DNA of 46,109 bases, taken from Candidatus Micrarchaeota archaeon (lineage in GTDB: Archaea > Micrarchaeota > Micrarchaeia > Anstonellales > Bilamarchaeaceae). The DNA lies in NCBI GenBank assembly GCA_018304385.1, contig JAGVWJ010000017.1, positions 1 through 46,109 of the forward strand, read 5' to 3'. The notes below the pieces were generated by a model. The model was given only the letters and a program-made list of their open reading frames with translations, had not been told where the DNA came from and made no database searches. Numbering within the stretch: position 1 is the stretch's first letter; the number at the start of each line of letters is the position of its first letter. This document shows positions 1-8,248 of the stretch, in pieces. A program made the position numbers and the translations under genes.

Positions 1-56
1 GGTTTGCCTAATGGCTTTGGCAGCATCGGTCTCCAGTTCTTTATCTGTAGTTTCAT
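1..56 (-). CDS. 5' end of a gene running off the window (MKLQIKNWRPMLPKPLGK...), product unknown
   Basis: ATG at 56 (minus) preceded by SD-like GAGGTGA; frame open to the window edge; divergent from the Lrp gene. Confidence 0.5.
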   Translation of the reverse strand, partial: MKLQIKNWRPMLPKPLGK

Positions 57-194
57 GTTTTTCACCTCTTTATACCCATATTCATCCAGAACTAGCACTG
101 CTAATAGCTTCTTTATAAATATATTTATTAAAAACTAGAACAAATCTACATAAATAGCTAAGATTTTTAAATATTCCTGAATATATATTCAACT

Positions 195-656
195 ATGAGC
201 CAATCCAATGAGATAAAAATGCATTTTGACCATAAAGATGATGCAATTCTACAAGTACTTAAGGAAAATTCATCACTTTCTATTCAGCAAATAGCAAAAA
301 GAACTGGCATAGCTGTAGCTACAGTGCACAATAGAATCAAGCGGCTTCGTGCGGAAGGTGTAATCAAGAAATACACGATAGTAATAGATAAAGCAAAATT
401 AGGTAGAAACATGGTTGCGTATGTTTTGATAAAGGCAATGCCTAAGACTGATCACATTACATTGTTGCACCACATAATAAAGCACGATCTTGTAGAAGAC
501 GGATCTGCTATCACAGGTGAATTCGATCTAATATTAAAAATACGTATCGCAGACGTAGATGAGCTTGATAAATTCGTGTTAAAACACCTGCGTACTTTTA
601 ATGAGATATCACAAACACAGACGATAATCGCATTTCAGAATATTTATAAATATTGA
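195..656 (+). CDS. Lrp/AsnC family transcriptional regulator
   Basis: N-terminal HTH (DDAILQVLKENSSLSIQQIAKRTGIAVATVHNRIKRLRAEGVI) plus C-terminal RAM-like domain (ITGEFDLILKI). Confidence 0.95.
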   Translation: MSQSNEIKMHFDHKDDAILQVLKENSSLSIQQIAKRTGIAVATVHNRIKRLRAEGVIKKYTIVIDKAKLGRNMVAYVLIKAMPKTDHITLLHHIIKHDLVEDGSAITGEFDLILKIRIADVDELDKFVLKHLRTFNEISQTQTIIAFQNIYKY

Positions 657-672
657 CATCGAAGCCTATCAC

Positions 673-1068
673 ATGAATAAAATACTATTATTTGCATTTG
701 CTCTAGCAGTATTTATTGCTGGTTGTTTCCACGAGCCAAAAGCCTCTTTAGTTGTAAAAGATTGTGGAACTGATGAGAAATGCTTTGAAGATGCTGCACA
801 AAACTGTGCATTAGCCAAGGTTACAGTAACTTCTTCTACTGGTGCAATTACAGCATATGAGGAGTCTAAGGGATATGATGGCGATAATTGTGTAGTCTAC
901 TTTAAAGTTACTGCATCCCAAGTTCCAACGTTTGCAGATAAAGATATGACCTGCAAGTTCCCAAAAACAACGCTCAGTGGATTTGATGCTATAACTAGTT
1001 TTAATAGTCAAAGTGCATTTACATATTGTACTGGCTCGTTAGTAGAAGCTATAAGGAGCGCGGGTTAG
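673..1068 (+). CDS. Secreted Cys-rich lipoprotein-like hypothetical protein
   Basis: Hydrophobic signal ending in IAGC; several paired Cys. Confidence 0.75.
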   Translation: MNKILLFAFALAVFIAGCFHEPKASLVVKDCGTDEKCFEDAAQNCALAKVTVTSSTGAITAYEESKGYDGDNCVVYFKVTASQVPTFADKDMTCKFPKTTLSGFDAITSFNSQSAFTYCTGSLVEAIRSAG

Positions 1069-1083
1069 GCATTGTGATTGATA

Positions 1084-1130
1084 ATTACTAAAAAAATTAG
1101 TAATATTTATAAATACTATTATTAATAGTA
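1084..1130 (+). promoter_or_regulatory. vapBC promoter: TATA box (TTTATAAA, 1106-1113) flanked by two TACTA-N7-TAGTA palindromes
   Basis: TACTA 1086-1090/TAGTA 1098-1102 and TACTA 1114-1118/TAGTA 1126-1130; ATG at 1137 fits a leaderless transcript. Confidence 0.65.
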
Positions 1131-1136
1131 ATACCC

Positions 1137-1382
1137 ATGAGCAACTTTGTTACACGCCATGGTCAAATTACTTTACCAAAAGAGGTAAGAGAGATGTTAG
1201 ATATACATGAGGGGGATCAGGTAATTATTAACGTAGTAGGTACTACTGTAACAATCTCAAAAAAAGACCCTACGATTTGGGATAAAATAGGCAGCTTTTT
1301 ACCAGAGAATTTTGAAAAAATATTAAGAGAAATTCGTGGTGACACTACTAAAAGATTTAAGAGACTTGGAATAATTGAGTGA
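1137..1382 (+). CDS. vapB: AbrB/MazE/SpoVT-type antitoxin
   Basis: VTRHGQITLPKEVREMLDIHEGD AbrB signature; directly upstream of a PIN-domain gene. Confidence 0.9.
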   Translation: MSNFVTRHGQITLPKEVREMLDIHEGDQVIINVVGTTVTISKKDPTIWDKIGSFLPENFEKILREIRGDTTKRFKRLGIIE

Positions 1383-1386
1383 AATA

Positions 1387-1815
1387 ATGAATATTGTTTT
1401 TGATACCTCATTCTTAATACAAGCGGAAAGAAAAAATCCTATGGCGATAAGTCTAGGTAAGAAACTAATAGAGCAGAACTTTAGCTTTTTTATCAGTGCG
1501 ATAACAGTCTCAGAGTTAATGACTGGAGTCTATCTTAGAAAAGATTTTGAGCAAGCAAGAGCAAATGCGTTATCTCTTTTAGGTCAATTTAAGTGGGTTG
1601 ATTTTAATGCTGATATCGCATTTAGAACTGGCGAGATTCTTGCATTTTTGAGATCCAACAAAATGTTTATAGAATTTCAAGATGCTGCAATAGCAGCTAC
1701 TGCTTTAGAGATAAGTGCGCAGTACGTAGTTACAGAAAATAAAAAAGATTTTGTTCTAATTCCTGCCTTAAAGGATAAAGTTTTTACAATGAGCGAACTT
1801 TTAGTAAGGCTTTAA
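1387..1815 (+). CDS. vapC: PIN-domain toxin (VapC ribonuclease)
   Basis: IVFDTSFLI, SAITVSEL, DAAIAATA and VVTENKKDF PIN motifs; start moved to ATG 1387. Confidence 0.92.
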   Translation: MNIVFDTSFLIQAERKNPMAISLGKKLIEQNFSFFISAITVSELMTGVYLRKDFEQARANALSLLGQFKWVDFNADIAFRTGEILAFLRSNKMFIEFQDAAIAATALEISAQYVVTENKKDFVLIPALKDKVFTMSELLVRL

Positions 1816-1840
1816 AATTGTTCTCCACATAAATTAGTAT

Positions 1841-2767
1841 ATGGCAACACATTTTGAAGCATGCAAAACTGTTTTTCGAGAGCGTGTGCTCCCTCATTTT
1901 CCTCGTGCTGAAGAACGATTTAAGCGATATTTTAGAGACTCTTATGAGCTGATTCGTGCTTTGCCGCTTACAAAGCCACCGGAAAGTTACCTAGTCCCTA
2001 TTAGATTTAAGCATCCAATAAAGGGTCGAGGGCTAAAAGAAAGGCCATTAATATCTAGGCTAGCAGCATATCTTAGAAAGGATTTTGATCTTGAAGTAGC
2101 ATGTACGGTCTTAGGTATTAAACCGCTTACAATTTGTAATAGTGAAGCACTGAATTGTCTTCTTCAATCGCCCTATAGGCGTGCTTTAGCTCGTGGTGCT
2201 GGTCTTGATATATTTTTAATAGCACGCTCTGATGGCTTTGATTACAATGAAGGTGGCAGGGCAGGTTTTTATATTCACGACCCCAATGCCACCTCGTCAA
2301 TATTATCAAGAATATTAGGTTTTTCAATCACACCAGATCAGGTTTCACGTGTACTAGCTTCGTTAGAGTTTGTAACATTTCCTCATGAATTGTTAGGTTA
2401 TCCAGAATCTTTTCGATATACTGAGCTTGGTTTAACTGTACCAGCACCATTTACCCTACAGGTTGCAAGCATTGGATTAAGGGAGTACATTCTTCCACCA
2501 TATTATCATGCTGATGGCCCTAGTTGTGCAGTTTATACGCCAGATTTGGTTTCTCTTGAAGGTTGGGTTGCAGCAGCGGCTGTTGTTGAAGAAATCCGAG
2601 AGAGCCCATTGACTATAAGTAGTGTAGCGTCTTTAATTCCAACTGATTTGAAAGCTCTGCGATTAGTTAATGGTATATTGACCTCTCGCTTGCCTCATGA
2701 AACAGTTACAATAAAGCGTCTTGGCGATGTTGGTAATTGGGAAGTTCAAAAAGGAACTATCCCCTAG
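1841..2767 (+). CDS. Hypothetical protein
   Basis: 308-aa open frame; no motif recognised. Confidence 0.7.
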   Translation: MATHFEACKTVFRERVLPHFPRAEERFKRYFRDSYELIRALPLTKPPESYLVPIRFKHPIKGRGLKERPLISRLAAYLRKDFDLEVACTVLGIKPLTICNSEALNCLLQSPYRRALARGAGLDIFLIARSDGFDYNEGGRAGFYIHDPNATSSILSRILGFSITPDQVSRVLASLEFVTFPHELLGYPESFRYTELGLTVPAPFTLQVASIGLREYILPPYYHADGPSCAVYTPDLVSLEGWVAAAAVVEEIRESPLTISSVASLIPTDLKALRLVNGILTSRLPHETVTIKRLGDVGNWEVQKGTIP

Positions 2768-2996
2768 ATATATCCACGTCTTTTGTCGAAATATAACTAA
2801 AAAATAGGAGTATTTATAAACCTTTCTATGCATAAAAACTATGCAAAGCTTTAAAAAACTAATTAGTCTCTCCGACGAGAATCAAAGAGTGAATTGCTTG
2901 GTTTCTAAGATATTTCAACGTTCTGAGTTTTTTCGCCCAGCAGTAATGCTAGCTGGTAATGATATTTCAATATTAGGTTTTTGAGAAGGTGGTTAA

Positions 2997-3887
2997 ATGA
3001 TTGGGAAAACAGCAAATATGATTGGAAAAACAGTAAGTGTTCAGGCAACAGCAGCAAAATGCCCAGAATGCGGCGGTAAACGTATTATTAAAGATTATGA
3101 ACGTGGTGAATTGCTTTGTGGCAGCTGTGGATTAATAATCGCAGAAAACATCGAAGATATGGGTCCAGAGTGGCGTGCATTCGATGCAGAGCAAAAAGGC
3201 AAGCGTGCAAGAGGCGGTGCGCCAATAAAATATATGCGTCCAAACAAAGGTTTAGTTACAGAAATTGATCAATATAATAGAGATATTCGTGGTGCAAAGA
3301 TATCACCAAAAAAACAGGCACAGCTCTATAGAATAAGAAAATGGCACAAGCGCGTTAGCATAGCTACTTCTATGGAGCGCAATCTAGTAATTGCATTGGC
3401 AGAGCTAGATCGCGTTGCAAGCAGCTTAGGATTACCAGAAAATATTAAAGAAAGCGCAGCATTGCTATATAGTGCAATCTGCAGAATACAAGGTATTCCA
3501 AGAACATTAGACGAAATATCAAAGGCGAGCGGTATTGAGAAGAAAGAAATAGGACGCGCATACAGATTCTTGAAAATAGAATTGAATGTTGATGTTCCAT
3601 TAACCAATCCTTCGCAATACGTACCTAAATTCGCAACTGCATTACGCTTAGGCGGTTCAGTACAGGAAGAAGCAATTAAGCTAATTAATAAATCATTGCG
3701 TAAAGGTTTGATTTCAGGTAGAGGTCCAACCGGTGTAGCAGCTGCTGCATTATATATTGCAAGCGCAATGTTCGGCGAAAAGCGCACGCAAAAAGAGGTA
3801 GCAGATGTTGCAGGAGTAACAGAGGTAACAATCAGGAACCGCTATCGCGAACTTAAGAAAGAGCTTGGATTGAAGGTAAATCTGTAA
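2997..3887 (+). CDS. tfb: Transcription initiation factor IIB (TFB) with an apparent ~22-aa in-frame deletion in cyclin repeat 1
   Basis: Zn ribbon CPECG...CGSCG; B-reader GPEWRAF; cyclin repeats with PRTLDEI, GRGPTGVAAAALY, RTQKEVADVAGVTEVTIRNRY. Confidence 0.97.
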   Translation: MIGKTANMIGKTVSVQATAAKCPECGGKRIIKDYERGELLCGSCGLIIAENIEDMGPEWRAFDAEQKGKRARGGAPIKYMRPNKGLVTEIDQYNRDIRGAKISPKKQAQLYRIRKWHKRVSIATSMERNLVIALAELDRVASSLGLPENIKESAALLYSAICRIQGIPRTLDEISKASGIEKKEIGRAYRFLKIELNVDVPLTNPSQYVPKFATALRLGGSVQEEAIKLINKSLRKGLISGRGPTGVAAAALYIASAMFGEKRTQKEVADVAGVTEVTIRNRYRELKKELGLKVNL

Positions 3888-3920
3888 TTTTTTTCTTTTT
3901 CTTTTTTTATTTTTTATTTT
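3888..3920 (+). terminator. Oligo-T tract (archaeal intrinsic terminator) after tfb
   Basis: Near-continuous T run immediately after the TAA. Confidence 0.6.
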
Positions 3921-3971
3921 GATACATTAATTTAAATCTCTTTCTATATAAATTATCAAAAGGGTTATTTC

Positions 3972-4823
3972 ATGGTTAGAAGGGGAACTGCATTGGTGTT
4001 ATTGGTTGCAGCTATTGCTTGTGGCGGCGAAAATGTACAAAGAGCAGCACCATTAAGTAGAATTAAATCAGCAGATGCAACTGGTTCAGCGCCTGTTTTG
4101 CCAACATCTGTTGCAACATTGCGACTCGTTGATAAGACCGTTTCTTTTTCTTCAAATACAAGTAAAGCAGCTGCTCATCCAAATAAATTATCTGGAAGAT
4201 TAAATGAACCGCTTGCTGAAGATACCCAAACTGAAATGCCAGAAAATGCGCAAACTGATCAATGTGGTTTTCCAGCTATTGAGGGAGAACAAGAATGTGG
4301 GGCAGCGCATGTGATATTTAAATGTGCTGATCAAGGTCAATACTGGGCGTATGGTATTGAGCAAGCAAATGGTCAATGCCCATTTTCAATTCCTGCTGAA
4401 TGTTTTTGTGGATCTTATACAGCCCCTCGTTTAGCATCTGGTCATGAAGAAGAGATCGTAGTTCGTTTTGCCGCTCGCGCAGAACTAGCCAGATTAACAG
4501 TAGTTGTATATGGATATGGGTATACCACAGATAGTATGAAACTACTTGGCAGTGGGATTACTAATAATCCGGCACCAGTTTTAGTTAACATAGATGGTCT
4601 ATCACCTGTTTCTGTTGCATTTCCATCTATAAATGCTGCAGCAAGACAATGTGCATCTAGTGATATACTTACACTTGCTGGAGAGCAACTAATTGATAAT
4701 ACCCTGCGGAATGTAGGCCAAGATGGAGAATTTACTCTAAGAATAAGATTAGGTGAACTCGGGCAGGGCCTTGATGGTATTGTTGCATATGTAACTGGAG
4801 TTAGTGTTGTTCGTTGGTATTAA
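3972..4823 (+). CDS. Secreted/lipoprotein-like hypothetical protein
   Basis: N-terminal LVLLVAAIACGG lipobox-like signal; Cys cluster mid-protein. Confidence 0.7.
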   Translation: MVRRGTALVLLVAAIACGGENVQRAAPLSRIKSADATGSAPVLPTSVATLRLVDKTVSFSSNTSKAAAHPNKLSGRLNEPLAEDTQTEMPENAQTDQCGFPAIEGEQECGAAHVIFKCADQGQYWAYGIEQANGQCPFSIPAECFCGSYTAPRLASGHEEEIVVRFAARAELARLTVVVYGYGYTTDSMKLLGSGITNNPAPVLVNIDGLSPVSVAFPSINAAARQCASSDILTLAGEQLIDNTLRNVGQDGEFTLRIRLGELGQGLDGIVAYVTGVSVVRWY

Positions 4824-4882
4824 GGTAATTGGTCTACTCACAATCTTACATATTTAAAAACACTTCTATGCATAATATAAAT

Positions 4883-6151
4883 ATGCTCTCTCATCGATCT
4901 AGCCCTCCTACTGAAAAGTCTAAAGGTCCATTAGGCATGGCTAAATATCTAGTTGGTCGAGTTCTAGTTGATAAAAAAGAAGGCAAGGATCAAGTAGGAC
5001 TTAATATCCATCCAATTAAAAGCGAGGTTAAGGCTGATGATCACGGAGTTGGTGGAAATCAGATTGGTCTTAATGCGTCTTTTATTAATGAAGTTCAAAA
5101 AGATCAGATTGGCATTAATGTACCTGGTGCTACGCTTGCTTTTGTGATAAATCTACCATTTGTAAAGGGGAATATTGCAAAAGGATTCAGATGGCTTATG
5201 CATGGTCATCTAAAATTACTTGTTGGTGCAGTTGATGTTTTGTTAAGACTTCCAATAATTATCCCAGGTTTTAATAAAGTTGGCGGCAATCAAAAAGGAA
5301 TAACAGTTGCGCTATCTAATTCAGTAGGACAAGATCAAGTTGGTCTTAATATTGGTGGTAAAAATTCTGTTGGAGGAGACCAAACAGGAATCAATCTTTC
5401 TTTTTCATCTAATGTTGTTCAAGGCAACCAGGATTGGATTAATGTTGGACTTACTAGTAATCAAACATATGGGAATCAAACTGGCATTTCAGTAAGTCTT
5501 GGCGGACATTTTGTTGATGGGGATCAAGTTGGTGTTATTCTTGCAGGTATTGGCAGCACTGTTAGAGGTGACCAGGTAGGCATAGTTGCTAATCTTCTTG
5601 TTAATACAGTTAGCGAAAGACAAATGGCTATTGCATTTGGCGGCGATCATAGAGCACGCAAAGGCCAGTTCGGTCTTTATTTTGACTGGTTCAATGAGGT
5701 TGGCACTGATGAATGCAGGGCAGATCAAAAAGTAATCAGTGTTTCTGTTTTTGGAAATGGGGTTCTTGGTAATCAAACAGGCGCAACAGTTAGTGGATTT
5801 GGAAATAGAGTTGATGGGAATCAGAAAGGATTTCATGCTGCAGGTGTTTTTAATACAGTTACTGGTATGGTTAAAGGATTTTCATTTGGTGGATTGCTTA
5901 ATCATGTTAATAATGTAAAAGGTGCAATTGTTGGAATATTAGCAACTGTAGATCAAACGCTTAAAGGTTTTGCAGTAGGAATATTTTGCGTTGCACATCA
6001 ATTAAAAGGTGTAATGATTGGCGTAGTTACAGAAGTAACAGATACAGATAATTCTAAAGGAGTGCAGATAGGGTTAGTAAATATTAAGCATACTGAAAAA
6101 GGAAGGCAGTATTGGCCGATTATTGCTATTTCTAGGGGAAGAAAGGAATAA
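4883..6151 (+). CDS. Gly-x-Gln repeat (beta-solenoid-like) protein resembling LA_2272-type surface repeats
   Basis: Many GDQVG/GNQTG/GVQIG repeats ending GVQIGLVN; ATG 4883 lies ~25 nt after TTTAAAAA, so it was chosen over the TTG start. Confidence 0.65.
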   Translation: MLSHRSSPPTEKSKGPLGMAKYLVGRVLVDKKEGKDQVGLNIHPIKSEVKADDHGVGGNQIGLNASFINEVQKDQIGINVPGATLAFVINLPFVKGNIAKGFRWLMHGHLKLLVGAVDVLLRLPIIIPGFNKVGGNQKGITVALSNSVGQDQVGLNIGGKNSVGGDQTGINLSFSSNVVQGNQDWINVGLTSNQTYGNQTGISVSLGGHFVDGDQVGVILAGIGSTVRGDQVGIVANLLVNTVSERQMAIAFGGDHRARKGQFGLYFDWFNEVGTDECRADQKVISVSVFGNGVLGNQTGATVSGFGNRVDGNQKGFHAAGVFNTVTGMVKGFSFGGLLNHVNNVKGAIVGILATVDQTLKGFAVGIFCVAHQLKGVMIGVVTEVTDTDNSKGVQIGLVNIKHTEKGRQYWPIIAISRGRKE

Positions 6152-6164
6152 ACTCGTGATTAAT

Positions 6165-7352
6165 ATGGCTGTTCTTAGATTTAATGAAATTAGAAATCTC
6201 GATCGCAATGCGATTCAAAGAGCGCAAAGCGAGCTAAGTAAATTAGGTTTTGATAAAGGTACTATTTTATACGCAGCAAGAAATATATATCGTGCAGAAA
6301 AACAAACTGCTGCGCATGTTTTTGTTGCAATTGATCCAGCAGTTGAGCAAGAAATGCGGGATGCAACAGAAATCTTAGCAAAAGATGAATGTGAGTTTCC
6401 GATCAAGATCCAATCAAGAAGATATGCTTGGCACATTGTTGGTGATTCTGAATTTCATTTTGTTGTTATAGGAAGAACTGCGCCACCCCTTAATCCAGTT
6501 GTGCTAAGCTCGCAAGGTTATGAAATTGTTGATACGCATTTTTTAACATTTCAAGGCTTACTTGGAAAAATCACACATAGTAGAATAGAATTAGAACAAG
6601 CAAAACAAAATTTGCGAGAAGTTCTTGCAATTATTATTGCCGATACAAAAGAACGTGTAGGAGTGGATCCATCTTTAGTCCTGGATGGCGGGGTTATTTG
6701 GAGAGCAAGTGATTCAATAACTGATGCGCTATTAGCTGAGCTTGTTTCAGTTCTTTCTAAGCATGGCATGGTTGGGCCAAACTTTGTAAACCTACCAGAT
6801 GAAAATTTGGTAGAGCCAGTTTATTTTGATTTTCATGGCCATCCTGGGTATGAGGTACGTTGGATGATTCCACCAAGTATAGGGGATATTCAAAGTTCTC
6901 ATTATGGCTCTGCAAACTCAGATGAAACACAAACACAGTTAACAATCCAGGCAGTTTCTTTAAGGCTTACAAGAGATGATTTCAGATTATTCATGCGGCC
7001 GTATTTTAGAGGTGAAGATTGGTTTCATGCAATGTTTGATCCAATGTTGATAAGATTAGCTTATCTTAATGAGGTATACAATACAAGTAGGGAAAGACCC
7101 ATAGGGGAAGAGTCATGGAGAATATTATCATTTTATATGAGCATTATAAAATTCAAAGAAGATGCAGCACTAGCAGAAAAATTTGAACGCTTTAAAGCTG
7201 CTTGTGAAGAAAAAAGCGATGATCAAGAAAATTTGCTAAGACAATGGAATGAAATTCTTGATTTAATGGAAAGAATAGTTAGTGCTAAATTTATACCACG
7301 AACGAATTGGCAAGAAATGCTTTGGAGCATAAGTGGCGGGGTTATTGTTTAG
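6165..7352 (+). CDS. Hypothetical protein with a JAB/MPN-like metalloenzyme motif
   Basis: HGHP-x10-SIGD at 6834-6887; candidate upstream Glu (KDECE, 6387); start ATG 6165. Confidence 0.5.
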   Translation: MAVLRFNEIRNLDRNAIQRAQSELSKLGFDKGTILYAARNIYRAEKQTAAHVFVAIDPAVEQEMRDATEILAKDECEFPIKIQSRRYAWHIVGDSEFHFVVIGRTAPPLNPVVLSSQGYEIVDTHFLTFQGLLGKITHSRIELEQAKQNLREVLAIIIADTKERVGVDPSLVLDGGVIWRASDSITDALLAELVSVLSKHGMVGPNFVNLPDENLVEPVYFDFHGHPGYEVRWMIPPSIGDIQSSHYGSANSDETQTQLTIQAVSLRLTRDDFRLFMRPYFRGEDWFHAMFDPMLIRLAYLNEVYNTSRERPIGEESWRILSFYMSIIKFKEDAALAEKFERFKAACEEKSDDQENLLRQWNEILDLMERIVSAKFIPRTNWQEMLWSISGGVIV

Positions 7353-7390
7353 AATAAACTATTAATATCTTCTTATCATAAATAAAAGTA

Positions 7391-7451
7391 TTGATGACAA
7401 ATGCAATACCTCCTAGCGCGCAAGCGCGATGACGAAGATCTTGAGTACTGA
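7391..7451 (+). ncRNA. Box C/D methylation-guide sRNA (dual guide)
   Basis: C box TTGATGA 7391-7397; guide 7401-7412; D' CTAG 7413-7416; GC hairpin 7416-7428; C' ATGACGA 7429-7435; guide 7436-7447; D box CTGA 7448-7451; intergenic, with an AT-rich promoter upstream. Confidence 0.85.
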
Positions 7452-7472
7452 AATCTAATCCAAGCGTTATAA

Positions 7473-7634
7473 CTAGTCTTTTTCATTTACAAATATTTTT
7501 ATCTGGTCTTTTTTATTGGCAAAACAGCTATCACAGAAAACGTGTGTATATCCTTTAAGGCTTACGACAAAGTTTCCTTTCTTATCCCCAAGGCCCTTTC
7601 TACACAAGCCACAATTTTTATCTCCTTCAAACAT
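7473..7634 (-). CDS. Small CxxC...CxxC zinc-finger protein (53 aa)
   Basis: MFEGDKNCGLC...HVFCDSC; SD-like AAGGGGA before ATG 7634. Confidence 0.75.
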   Translation of the reverse strand: MFEGDKNCGLCRKGLGDKKGNFVVSLKGYTHVFCDSCFANKKDQIKIFVNEKD

Positions 7635-7710
7635 AATATCCCCTTTTTTAATGTTATGTAAAATTAATATAAACAATTATGTTTTTAATATTGCATTGAG
7701 GCCTTTTTCA

Positions 7711-8241
7711 ATGAAAATAGAAATTAAAAAACTAATTCTTGTCTTTCTTTTAGGTGTAGCTGCAGGCATACTCTCATTCGTACTTCTATCCCAGAATATG
7801 GCTGCAGTTACAGTACAAACAATTTTCTCCCCTGAGAATGGAGATGAAATAATTGCATTTATTGATTCTGCGCGAACCAGCATTGACATAGAGATGTATG
7901 TTTTTACTTCCAACGAAATATTGCAAGCACTAAAGCGCGCAAGCGATAGAGGCGTTACAATAAGAATTATTTTGGAAAAACGAGTGATCAACAGCGATAA
8001 TGAAAGAATATTTAATGAACTAAAAATCAATGGGATAGATGTTAAATGGGCTTCACAAGATTATCGCTTAACGCATGCGAAATTCATTATTGTAGATGAC
8101 AAAGCAGTGCTAGTTGGTTCGCATAATTTTAGCAATTCAGCTATGCGTGAAAATCGAGAAGCCAGTGTAATTATTCGCGCTGAGAAAATTGTTAATGAAT
8201 TCAAAGAAATTTTTGAAGAGGATTGGATTAAGGCGAAATAA
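7711..8241 (+). CDS. Single-HKD phospholipase D/Nuc-like protein with N-terminal membrane anchor
   Basis: THAKFIIVDD...VGSHNFS (HxKx4D...GSxN); start ATG 7711 followed by a hydrophobic helix. Confidence 0.9.
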   Translation: MKIEIKKLILVFLLGVAAGILSFVLLSQNMAAVTVQTIFSPENGDEIIAFIDSARTSIDIEMYVFTSNEILQALKRASDRGVTIRIILEKRVINSDNERIFNELKINGIDVKWASQDYRLTHAKFIIVDDKAVLVGSHNFSNSAMRENREASVIIRAEKIVNEFKEIFEEDWIKAK

Positions 8242-8248
8242 AATTGGC

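Noticed and set aside
3326-3787. Antisense and alternate-frame ORFs in the track (e.g. 3326-3787, 19889-20254, 32369-32713, 42486-42848)
   Set aside because: They overlap well-supported genes and have shadow-frame composition
7516-7710. Long upstream extension of the PLD ORF
   Set aside because: Overlaps the opposite-strand Zn-finger gene; ATG 7711 gives a normal membrane-anchored N-terminus
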